From: the human T2T-CHM13v2.0 reference genome, Homo sapiens
Length of the DNA: 64,000 nucleotides
Strand: one strand, 5' to 3'
Assembly: GCF_009914755.1 (NCBI RefSeq)
Contig: NC_060928.1
Below are positions 1 to 12,744 of the stretch, in pieces (within the stretch, counting starts at the first letter, position 1; each line of letters starts with the position of its first letter). The notes under the pieces are model-generated. The model saw nothing but the letters and a program-made list of their open reading frames with translations. It ran no database searches and was not told where the DNA came from. The translations under genes and the position numbers were made by a program.

Positions 1-806
1 GTCAATGCTCTTTCTCTTTTTCCAGCTAGCTTATATATCTGCTTGATGTTGCCAGTGAGGAACACTTCTTTATGTAACCAGAGTGGAGCCAATTCCAGGA
101 TGCTTATTCCAAAGGTCAAAAAGAATCAATGCAATATGCTGAGCTTGGTAGGCTTCTGATATGCTAGCTGGACCTTTTATGTTCTTGTCTGTTTTGATTT
201 TCTTCTAATTTTTTATTCTTGTTTATTACAGGACAAAATGTCAAATAACCTGAGTGTGTTAGCTGAATGACTGGTATGGTGTAATTTAGCATGGCTTTAT
301 GTAGAAAACATCTAGCTACAGAGAGAGACCTATAACATATAACAAAGTGTGTGGGTTCATCAATACTGAAATAGAAGATAACCCAAGATTGGTTGTCTAA
401 CGGTGATGTAAGGGGGTTGACAGATTAAATGTATTTTTATAAGACAACCTTGGGAGAAATAAAGAATCAAAAACACCAGAATCTTGAGAATTCATCTTGT
501 AACATACAGAGTTGATGGACTAAAACCAGAAAAGCACAATGTGGTTTTTTTAGGCTGTACTATGAAATCTCTATGGTAGGAGGTAAACTTGTAGCATTCT
601 GTGGAAAAAGAAGTCCTAGGTCACATGAATCTCTTTCCTTTGGTTAAGATGAACTGATTGCATCAATAAAATATTTCAAAAGCTTATTAGAAATATTCTA
701 GTTATTGTCAGAAGTATACTAGTTGTTGTGGAGTTGCCCTTGCCCTCTCCATCAAGGCCACTGCAAAGACCCTTGCAATGTGTAAAACCCAAAGTTCTAG
801 TGGTGC

Positions 807-1333
807 TGTTATCAAGCAAAAGGGGCTCACTGCCTGATGCACTAGAAGCCAATGCTATGGCGCTGGTTTTTAAGATGAGAAAAACTCCTTATTGCTAATT
901 GACTAACAAGGAGACAGGAGTTCAGCTCAAATCTGTCTACTCGTGTAAGCTCTAAGACATTAACTGTATTAGAAAAGGTTGAGAAGGTGGATTCTGGGAT
1001 TAGTAGGTGATGGATGGAAGGAAATGGAAGGTCAGGAAAGTCCTCAGACATGCACAGTTATCTCTTCATGACCCCTCATGGGTCCCCCATGCAAATTTGT
1101 GGTGAGTTAGTATGAAACAAATGGTGAAAATTTAAGCTGTACTGTCCGCAAGCTGGTTCTGTGCAGACTCTAGTTGGCCATATTGGTTCTAACTGATTTC
1201 GGTCTGTTTTGTTATCTTACAAGCGAGGGAGTTTCAGTGTTTCAGCAAGTTGTTTCTTTCCTTACTTGTCATCCTTCAACTTAAGAATATCTGTTAGTTG
1301 ATGGTTTCTGTAACTCTTTGAGGCATTGATTTA
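807..1333 (-). mobile_element. ERV1-class solo LTR (MER4-group/LTR51-like; subfamily uncertain)
   Basis: The minus strand ends ...ATAACA at 807. It contains GAGACAGGAGTTCAGCTCAAATCTGTCT and AACTGTGCATG blocks typical of MER4-group LTRs. Confidence 0.65.
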
Positions 1334-1588
1334 GAATCATAATTTGTAATGCAGATAATATTTTCTGGAATTGTGCAATGTGGTGGTTCTGGGCCCCTGA
1401 AGTCTATCTTATAAAGCATAATAAATGAGAAATGTCCAGATAAGTACTGAGCTATGGTTGAAACTCAGTATGCATTACTTCCCTTATCTGTCCCACATAA
1501 TAATTTCATTGCCGCCTTCTCTTAAATACACCTTAAGCTCAAATCCTATAGAACACCATGTGTTCCACAAAGTGTGATGGGAACTTCT

Positions 1589-1897
1589 TTTTTTGAGACG
1601 GAGTTTCACTCTTGTCGCCTAGGCTGGAGTGCAATGTCACAATCTCTGCTCACTGCAATGTCAGATCTCTGCTCACTGCAACCTCCGCCTCCTGGGTTGA
1701 AGTGATTCTCCTACTTCAGCCTACCGAGTAGCTGGGATTACAGGCACGCGCCATCACGCCCAGCTAATTTTTGTATTTATAGGAGAGACAGGTTTCACCA
1801 TGTTGGCCAGGATGGTCTCAATCTCTTGACCTGATGATCCGCCCACCTCGGCCTCCTGAAGTGCTAGGATTACAGGCATGAGCCACCGCACCTGGCC
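1589..1897 (-). mobile_element. AluS element
   Basis: Dimeric Alu with poly-T at the left. TSD GGGAACTTCT lies at 1579-1588 and 1898-1907. Confidence 0.97.
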
Positions 1898-1903
1898 GGG
1901 AAC

Positions 1904-2278
1904 TTCTATGGATTGAAATGAGTTACCTTAAACTCATGTTGAAGCCCTGATCCTCATGTGACTATGTTGAAGACAGGGATTTTAGGGAGGTGATTAAGGC
2001 TAAATGAGGTCATAAGGATGAACCCTCATCCAACAGAGTTGGTGTTTTTATAAAAGAGGAAGAGATCTCTCTCTGCCTGCACAAAGAGAAGAGCATGTAA
2101 GCACACAGTGTGAGGTGACTGCCTACCAGCCAAGAGAAGAGGCCTCAGAATGAAATGTACCTAGCCAGGGCCTTGATCTTGGACTTCCCAGCCTCCAGAA
2201 CAGTGAGAAATAAATGTCTGTTCTTTAAGCTATCCAGTCTATAGTGTTTTGTTATGGAAGCCTGAGCAGACTAATATG
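1904..2278 (+). mobile_element. MLT1A-like MaLR solo LTR
   Basis: CTATGGATTGAA start, TAAATGAGGTCATAAGG, GGACTTCCCAGCCTCCAGAACAGTGAGAAATAAAT, and GCAGACTAATA end. Confidence 0.9.
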
Positions 2279-2454
2279 AAGAAAAAAGCTCTTGACTCCA
2301 AACTTTTACAGATGTTTTTATATCTACTTAGATTACTACCCTTCCTATCCTTATCTATGTAAAACTTCACAATATGTATCTTTTGCATCTTTAAAAACTG
2401 TCTTAGATGACCACTCTCCTATAAATGCCTTTCCTGATCTTTGAGTTGAATGTG

Positions 2455-2651
2455 AACTTCCCAGATTCAAGTGATTCTCCCACCTCGGACTCTTGAGCAG
2501 TTGAGACCAGAAGCACATGCCTTCGCAGCCATCTAATTTTTATTTTATTTTGTATTAGTAGAGATGCGGTCTCCCTATGTTGCACAGCTAGTTTTGAACT
2601 CCTGGGTTCAAGGGACCCTCCTGCCTCAGCCTCCCAATTGCTGACATTACA
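2455..2651 (-). repeat. Internal AluJ fragment, a local duplicate of 2953-3149
   Basis: Ungapped 197 bp match with about 14 mismatches to the neighbouring AluJ. It has no Alu ends, tail or TSD. Confidence 0.9.
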
Positions 2652-2865
2652 ATTAAAACTAATGGTATGTTTTCACTGTTTGTGCCTTTTGAATTACAAT
2701 TTGGCAAAAAATACAGTTGCAAAATTGCTTATCACCTTTATAAATTTTAAGATCTTTATGTATCTCAGTACTCCTTATAATTTCTAATACCTCATAGTCA
2801 TTTAATAAATGTTAATTGTCTTGAATTAAGTTGAATTGAGAAAGATTTCAGAGAGGATAGGGGCA

Positions 2866-3172
2866 TTTATTTTATTTTATTTTTTGAGACAAGATCTCAC
2901 TCTGTTGCCCAGGCTGAAGTACAGTAACACAGTCATAGCTCACTACAGCTACAACCTCCCAGATTCAAGTGATTCTCCCACCTCGGACTCTTGAGTAGTT
3001 GAGACCAGAAGCACGTGCCATCATAGCCGTCTAATTTTTATTTTATTTTGTATTTGTAGAGTTGGGGTCTCCCTATGTTGCCCAGCTAGTTTTGAACTCC
3101 TAGGTTCAAGGGACCCTCCTGCCTCGGCCTCCCAATTGCTGACATTGCAGGTGTGAGCCACCACCCCCAGTC
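2866..3172 (-). mobile_element. AluJ element
   Basis: Diverged dimeric Alu with J-type GTCATAGCTCACT and GAACTCCTAGGTTCAAG, and a (TTTTA)n tail. Confidence 0.93.
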
Positions 3173-3399
3173 AGATATGGGCCTTGAAACAGAATTTGAA
3201 GAAGAGTAATCTTAGAATAAATAAAAGGGAGGGTGAAGGACCATGGCTCCAGAGGAAGAGACATATATAAAAGCAACTCAAGTAAATTCACTGCATAATG
3301 GAAAATTGGTATTCAAAGAGTGGTGAGAAGAGTACATAAAATAGAAAAATAAACACTTAAAAGAAAGTCTTAACACACAAGAGAGTATGCTGTCTGGTA

Positions 3400-4060
3400 A
3401 GCTTGAGTAAGATTATGCAGAGCTTCAAAACATAAGTATAATAGATGTGCTTTTATTTAAAATGGGAAACTATTGAAGATTTTGAGCAAAGGAAACTGGT
3501 ATGTTTATTTGTGTTTTAAAAAGATTACTTTGATGGCTTTGTACTGTATAGACTGTGTGGCTGAAAAAGACCAAAAGCATGGAGATCAGTTAACAAATAT
3601 GATAGAGGTCTAGATGAAGGTTGATAAGGGCCTGCGTTATGATAATAACAACAAAAATATTAAAAGAGGAGAAAATAAAAGATAATTCAAAGGAATTAGA
3701 TACAGATTGAATACAGAGAAGTAAGTCACAGAATTTGTTTTGAAACAATAGTGATACAAAGTGAAATGATATACTTAGAAATAATGTACTTGCTGGGGGA
3801 GGTGTTTAGAAAGATAAAATAATTGGTTCAATTTTAAATATATTGAGTTTGAGCTGCCATTGGAATAAAAAAATGGAGGTGGGTGACATTTAGATAAGAG
3901 ATACAATAGGGCTATAGTGCAATTAAGGAAGTTTTTTTTAGAGATAGCTAAAAAAATCATCAATAAGAGGTTGTAATTTAAGTTCATAAAAATTTGTTCG
4001 TCAAGAGAATAAATATAAAGTACATGAAGAATAGAAATCATATTTATGAGTTCAAGTGAC
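3400..4060 (-). mobile_element. L2 LINE relic
   Basis: ATGGGAAACTATTGAAGATTTTGAGCA ... AAAGATTACTTTGATGGCT and TATTGAGTTTGAGCTGCC resemble antisense L2. Confidence 0.55.
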
Positions 4061-4554
4061 AGAGTAAACATTGTCTAATATGATTGGAGTAATAAAAAAA
4101 AGTCTATAAATGCAATGACTAGAAAATGTTGTGATTCACATACCCCAATAGAAGAAACATTGAAAGATAAGCTTAACAAGAAGAAAAATGACCTAGAAAA
4201 AATAAGATATAAGAAAAAAATGAGTAAAAGCACATACAGCTAAATCTAAATACATGCCCATTAATAGTAATTATATTAATGATAATAATTTTTAATATTT
4301 TAAACTTAAGATGAATATCATATTTGAGAAATCATAGGAAGGAATTATGTTTAGAGAAATTGTAGGGAGTTTCATATACAGTAAATTATTTACCTTGCCT
4401 AGAAAAAGAATATAGACCCTAATTATCATTATAATTTATTAACTTTGTTAACAAGACCATACAACTTCAAATTAATAAAAAAAGAAAAAGAAACTAAACA
4501 AAAGCTAATGAAGCTAACAGAGCAATAATGAGAAAAAAAGAAGGTGCTATCAAG

Positions 4555-5523
4555 TGTTGTGGGAAGTCAGGGATTCCAAACAGAGGGACCGGCTGGGGCT
4601 GCGGCAGAGGAACATAAATTGTGAAGATTTCATGGACATTTGTCACTTCCCAAATAATACTTTCATAATTTCTTACACCTGTCTTACTTTAATCTCTTAA
4701 TCCTGTTATCTTCATAAACTGAGGATGTACATCACCTCAGGACCCTGTGATAATTGTGTTAACTGTACACATTGATTGTAAAACATGTGTGTTTGAACAA
4801 TGTGAAATCAGTGCACCTTGAACAAGAACAGAATAACAATGATTTTAGGGAACAAGGGAAGACAACCATAAGGTCTGACTGCCTGCGGGGTTGGGCAAAA
4901 AGAACCATATTTTTCTTCTTGCAGAGAGCCTATAAACGGACTTGCAAGTAGGGAAGATATCGCTAAATTCTTTTCCTAGCAAGGAATATTAATATTAATA
5001 CTCTGGGAAAAGAATTGCATTCCTGAGGGGAGGTCTATAAACGGCCGCTCTTGGAGTGTCTGTCTTACGCGGTTGAGATAAGGACTGAAATACGCCCTGG
5101 TCTCCTACAGTACCCTCAGGCTTATTAGGGTGGGGAAAACACCGCCCTGGTAAATTTGAGGTCAGACCAGTTCTCTGCTCTCAAACCCTGTTTTCTGTTG
5201 TTTAAGATGTTTATCAAGACAATATGTGCACAGCTGAACATAGACTCTTATCAGTAGTTCTCCTTTTTGCCCTTTGAAGCATGTGATCTTGTGACCTACT
5301 CCCTGTTCTTTCACCCCCTCCCCTTTTGAAATCCTTAATAAAACTTGCTGGCTTTAAGTCTCAGGTGGGCATCACGGTCCTACCAATATGTGATATCACC
5401 CCTGGAGGCCCAGCTGTAAAATTCCTCACTTTGTACTCTTTCTCTTTATTTCTCAGCTGGCCACCACTTAACGGAAAATAGAAAGAACCTACGTTGAACT
5501 ATTGGGGGTGGGTTCCCCCAATA
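4555..5523 (+). mobile_element. MER11 (HERV-K11/HML-8) solo LTR, probably MER11A
   Basis: Starts TGTTGTGGGAAGTCAGGGA and ends GGTTCCCCCAATA. AATAAA at about 5337. Perfect 6 bp TSD ATCAAG at 4549-4554 and 5524-5529. Confidence 0.95.
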
Positions 5524-6073
5524 ATCAAGGAAATATCTAAAAAATACTGTGTTCAGTAAAAAATAAAATCAAGTTATAGTATATTAATTACCATATGCTA
5601 CAAATTCTGCAAAATTTTTCAGTCTAAGCAATGCAGAATTATGTAATATTTATAAATACATGATATACACACAGACACAAGCATACATACTCACAGTGGG
5701 TTTATACACACACAGAGTGTTTTGTTTTGTCTTTTATGTATGTCTTTTAAAGATATACATTAAATGCACAGAATGTATTGTCAATTGTCAGGTAAACCTG
5801 AGTGGAGATGCTGTCAAAAGGAAGTAAAATTAATTTTTTAATTTTTTAAATTAACTTTTAATATATTTCTAGATTTTATTTTTTTAAAAAGACAAGACAA
5901 TTTGGACAAAATATTTGCCATGTTTAAAATATTTGATTCTGGGAGGTGGCAACACAAGTAGTTGCTATATTACTTACTGGTTGCATCAATAAACCAATCT
6001 CCATATTTGGAAGCAACCCACAGATAAAAGGAAGGAGAAAAAAAATTGACACAGTTTGAACATCAGCAAAAAA

Positions 6074-6356
6074 TTTTTTTGAGACAGAGTCTTGCTCTGT
6101 CACCCAGGCTGGAGTAAAATGGTGTTAGCTCACTGAAACCTCCGCCTCCCAGGTTCAAGTGATTCTCCTGCCTCAGCTTCCCAAGTAGACAGGACTACAG
6201 GTGCGTGCCACCACATCCAGCTAATTTTTGTATTTTTAGTAGAGGCAGAGTTTCACCATATTGGCCAGGCTTGTTCGAACTCTTAACCTCAAGTTATCCA
6301 CCCACCTCAGCCTCCCAAAATTCTGGGATTACAGGCATGAGCCACCGCACCTGGCT
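6074..6356 (-). mobile_element. AluS element with a small internal deletion
   Basis: Dimeric Alu with a short T tail. Confidence 0.95.
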
Positions 6357-8362
6357 CAAATTTCTCTAACAAGCATATAACATTCTCGTGTAAATGGAGA
6401 GCTGTAAGGAGGCACTGAGTTTTCCAGAATGTAGATCCTCAGAAAATAAAATAAGGAGACGTTGGGTCAAAAGTGGCAACTATGGCAAGAAGGAAAAGGA
6501 CACTAATTATGTTGGGGGCACATCAGGCCATGGAGAAAAACCTCTTTCCATGAAGTAAAAGTCAGATGAGAGAGGGTAGGGGCAAGGTGAAGAAGAAAGG
6601 AGAAGTATGGACTACTTTGTCAGTAAATGAAATTTGACCAAAAAAGGATGAGGGAGTTTGGTAGTTTTGGTAGTTTCAGTTCTACTGTAGCAATAATCTA
6701 TGCAGAGGGAGAAAATCATATTAAAATAGTGTAATTGACCATTAGCAATTTTATTGTCCTGCAGGAGCACACAAGTTCTCTAAACTATTAAAGTACTTCA
6801 TTACCAAGTGTCCTTCATAGTTACTTCTGAACTACACGTCTCACCTCCTAAATCTACTAAATAGATTTTCAGGGGGAAAAAGGAAATTAGGTTGTCACAT
6901 CGCTTTCTCTTAAAAATTCTGTGGCTGCAGACTCATTTTTCTAGAAATTAAATGCATAGTAGTTCAAGAAACATGTCTATATTCGCTAATGATTGCACAA
7001 GGTATGAGATGAACATTTTCTAAGGGAGGGACTTTTACCTTTGAAGAGAATAAAAAGATAGATTTAGTAAGACACAAACTTGCCTGTGCTGAAAGCTATT
7101 GCCCTGACTATTGAGGAACAAGAATGAGAGACTTGAGTCTTTGATAAGATGTGAGTCTTTGTGCCTGGAAACTAGATATAAAGAATGCTTCACTTTATTT
7201 CTAAGAAAATTGGCAAAAAGAAGATAAAGTCAAAATAAAATTTCTTTCAGAAGAAAGTCACCTTTTAACATAAAATGTGTAGGGTCATTTTCCAATAGCA
7301 TTCATAAAAGCCAGCAACTGGCTATATTGTTGTACACATTTCTAGCCTTTAAAATTTAATCCCAAATCTGAATCTTCCCACCCGTACTGACCACCTACCT
7401 CCCAAGCTTTGAATATTGCAGTTTTTATATTCAATAAAAGGTGTGGTCTCATTGGAAAAGCCCAGAGACATTTCAAGTCCAAGTTAATAATGTAATTTAG
7501 ATATTATTTTTGAAGATATTTAATTGGCCTAATTCTAATCATCCCAATAAAAATATTTTAAAGTAATTAATATTACCATGTTACAACTACTGAAGAACAG
7601 TATAGATTGCGTGACATTATGAAAAACATTAACATTTTTAAAGCAAAAATATCAATTATATCTAAGAGTAAGAAATATAAACAGCAATATGGCCAAGATA
7701 ATTTGTCATCATTCCTAATTAAAGGCTTAATTATCACTGACAGTCTCTTGGCAGAGGGGAGGGAGTGATCTGAAAGATAAAACACTTTTGCAAATCACAA
7801 CACTGATTTTTAATGCCAGAAGAGGTCAGTAAGTTAGAAAAATCCACATTTACTAAGTGGAAAAGGAACTGAACAAAACTAATTTCCACTATATGGATGG
7901 TGTGGATAATGCATGAGCAAATGAATATTCACTACTCCTATGTCTAATAAGCATGTTCCATATTATCTAACTATGTTCCAGTACAAGGTATGGACTTGCT
8001 GCCAACATGTTTAAACTAGTGTGGCTTAAACAGTGAATATATAAAGACTGAACTCTGAAGGCTTTTTTAATTCCAATGTGAACTAGTAACATGCGGAACA
8101 CGTGAAAACCTTAACAAGACCCACCAAAACCTGTTCTGGATATTCAATATACCTTCTAACAGTTTCATACATTTTTGCACCTATTAGGCATCAAAGAGGT
8201 CAGAACATGGAAAATGCCATGGCTCCTGAATGTAACAATTGGTGAATAGAATGCAATCAGATCATCTAATCATCATTCCTTTGCATTCCATATGCCATTT
8301 GGATTCTCCAGAAAACCCTCCTGTATTCAGCTGCTGTTCCCAGAGATGCCTGCAGTACTCAC

Positions 8363-8418
8363 TGGAAGAAGGCCTCCCCTCTTCTCTCATCCATCAGGGA
8401 CTGAAAGCTGTCATCTGC
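8363..8418 (-). other. Candidate 56 nt spliced exon (unverified)
   Basis: Minus-strand acceptor TTTGCCTTTCTTATTTTGCCAG and donor CCA|GTGAGT in non-repeat sequence. Confidence 0.35.
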
Positions 8419-8679
8419 CTGGCAAAATAAGAAAGGCAAATGTAAAAGACAGCCAGAAAACAATTTCAAAGCATACTAGGGGAAAGAAACTTAATCCAGG
8501 GATGAGGTTACTAAAAAATGACTAATTTTGCTTGGCAGATAGGTGTAAAAATATATACTATGGAAGAGGTTAATGTAAGTGCAAACATATTTGCAGAACC
8601 TGGAAATTTTGAAATATTCAAATATGAATTCATCCTATAAAGGACTAAGATTGAATCTCATGATTACAATAGTATTTAT

Positions 8680-9150
<471 letters not shown>

Positions 9151-9151
9151 A

Positions 9152-9489
<338 letters not shown>

Positions 9490-9519
9490 GATTGTTTTCC
9501 TTTTATACTACGTACTTTC

Positions 9520-9588
9520 TATTTTTCTTTCTTTCTTGTTTTTTGTTTTTTGTTTCTGTTTGTTTTTTGTTTTTTAGTTTTTTTTTTT
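9520..9588. repeat. T-rich low-complexity tract, (TTTTTG)n-like
   Basis: Read directly from the sequence. Confidence 0.8.
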
Positions 9589-9976
9589 AGTGTTTAGCAT
9601 GTGAACTCATAGAATAGTAAGTTGCCTCAAATTCAGTATTACCATCCCAACAAAAGAAATGGAAAAAGTAGTCCCTAACTCTTGGATTATGTGATCTTAT
9701 AACTCATTAAAATTCTTGTCATTTTATAAACAAGTGGGGAAAATTTTTACAAATCATTGTATCAGTACAATTTTATTTAATAATTTATTATTGTAATTAA
9801 AAGATCTTTAATACATTATTTTATGTAAGAGTAATCTGACAGTTTTAATTTATGAACAAGACAATTCTTCATTGATATGCCTACCAAAGAATATGAACAA
9901 ATGTAACTTCTGTGAGATATTTAATCCATGAATGCTAACATAAGTAAGTTAGCTATGTAGCCATTAAAATATACTA

Positions 9977-10304
<328 letters not shown>

Positions 10305-10524
10305 TAAAATATACTAAAATTTAGAAAAGCTTTCTCGGGATTCTTAATAAGGCCCTTCCCAGAAGAGCTAAATCTAGTGATTTTCTGCCCCAGCCCCAAA
10401 AGCATTCAGGCAAAGTTACTGGGCTTGGGTTTTCTTGTATAGTAAATGTGTTACTGACTCATCGAGGACAGTTGCTTCTCCTTCTCATATTCTAGCTCTA
10501 TCTCTCAAGACTATACAGCATAGA

Positions 10525-10650
10525 GCGAGTAACTTATCCTTCTCTGCCTCAATTTCCTCATATGAAAATGGAGATAATACCACTGCGACTTCATTATTGG
10601 GGACATTAAACAACATAATTTATTAACATCCTTAGCAGAGACCTGGATAT
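10525..10650 (+). mobile_element. MIR fragment
   Basis: TCTCTGCCTCAATTTCCTCATATGAAAATGGAGATAATA core. Confidence 0.75.
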
Positions 10651-10734
10651 GCTTGCTGTGGTTTCTGTTGTGGCTGTTTTATTATTTTGCTCTTAGTAAA
10701 ATTGTATTGAGAGGAGAGAGTGAGATGTTAACAG

Positions 10735-10985
10735 AACAGTATAGTATATACTGAACATAACAGTGTTCAGAGCTTTATGTGTGGGTTTGAATCCTATCTC
10801 TTCTGCATATCCACTTAGAGGTTGGGTAAACTAGGACAAGCCACTTAACCACTGTACTTTATTTCACTCTACTGCAGAGTGGATATAATAATAATATCAT
10901 CCTTAATGGGTTGTAATGAGAATTAAACAAATGTATATATGCAAATAATATGGCAAATACTATAAAATTTTAGCTATTATTATTA
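10735..10985 (+). mobile_element. MIR
   Basis: GGGTTTGAATCC B-box region, GGACAAGCCACTTAACC, GGGTTGTAATGAGAATTAAA, and a (TAT)n end. Confidence 0.75.
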
Positions 10986-11919
10986 ATGAGCTTTTTAAAT
11001 TAACTTTAATATTAACATAATTTATTGAATTAAATTGAGTTAGTTGAGGTGTTCTTCAGTTTAACTGATCAATGGCTATACACTTATATCAAACTTATAA
11101 ATAATAGCACCATTAAGCTTCTCTTAACAATGCTGATGCATCACTGAGCTAAATAAACATGCGCAGCAGTGATGAATTCTCCTAGAAAGTAGTTTATTTT
11201 ATTTCCCCTGGAAGACTCTTGTCTCCTAGTAATCTATTTTTTATTTGTTTGCTCTGTTAATTGCCAGCCTATTTATATTTGACTTGCAAATCTGTGTTTT
11301 CTCACACCAAGTTCCATTTTCTCCTACAAATATTTATTAACAACCTACTATATACCTAACACAGATATAACTGACATAAACACTTCTCTAAAATATCTCA
11401 CAGTCTAGAAGGGAAGATTAGGAAGTCAAAGAATATAGCTGGCATTTCTGGGCTGTGATAGAAGACTACTTAGCTACAGTGCTATGAGATGGGAGAAGAG
11501 ACTCCTCTTACTCAGACTCAGTGCCTCAATATCTAATATACAAAGAGAACAACACATTTGGTAAGCTATAACAACCATACAGATATCTATTCTCTTGGTA
11601 ATGAAATAAAAACAAAACCCAATTCTTACAAAAGACACATTGTTTAGAAGGCACTTTCCTAGTCGTGAAAATAGACAATATAAATCTGAATAAATGAATC
11701 CTTATTAGTCTCACAGAGTAAAAGAATAGAATATAGTAAACGTCATATATTGGATATAACAGGGAAGTAAGTAAATGTCCTTTCTCCCCATAAATTATTT
11801 TAATTTAAAGCCAACATTCACATATAAGAAGGAATATCTTTGTATGTCTTAAATATTTAGGTTTCCTTCTCAGAAAACTGCCCTTGTCCCTGTTTTGTGA
11901 GGTCGTGTTAGACAGTGAG

Positions 11920-12155
11920 GTCATATTGCCCAGTGGCTAAGAACATGGATGCTAGAACCAGATAACTTAGTTTCCCTTCTCAGCTCCACTGTGTTTGACT
12001 TTGGGCAAGTCACCTAACCACTGTCTCCCTCAGTTGCCTCATCTGTAAAGTGGGATTAAAAATAGTACTTATCTCAACGTTTGATTTTGATAATTAAATT
12101 AATAAATACATGTTAAACAGTGTTTTGACACACAATAAGCACTCTACAACTGGGA
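11920..12155 (+). mobile_element. MIR
   Basis: GACTTTGGGCAAGTCACCTAACC...CTCAGTTGCCTCATCTGTAAAGTGGG core. Confidence 0.85.
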
Positions 12156-12435
12156 GTGATTGTGAATATCCTCATTTGTACTGTTTGTTTTTATCCTCTT
12201 AGAACTTAGCAATTGCTCAGGCCATAAACGTCTCATTCTCTTTCATCTCACGCCACAGGTTGCTTAAGTATGCCCATGTCCTTTAGAATCCACCTCAATC
12301 TGTTGAATCACAGACCATTGCCATTTACTTGGACAATGGTGGTGGCTTCCTAACCATTTATCTGCTTCCATGTGGATTTCTCACAGGTGATCTTCTCACA
12401 GCAACCAGAGTGATCTTTTTTAAAAAATTAGTTCT

Positions 12436-12744
<309 letters not shown>

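Noticed and set aside
1-670. Acceptor-like tracts at 25 and 231 followed by AATAAA at about 458 and 665
   Set aside because: They could form a terminal exon, but such signals are common in AT-rich DNA and there is no ORF or other support.
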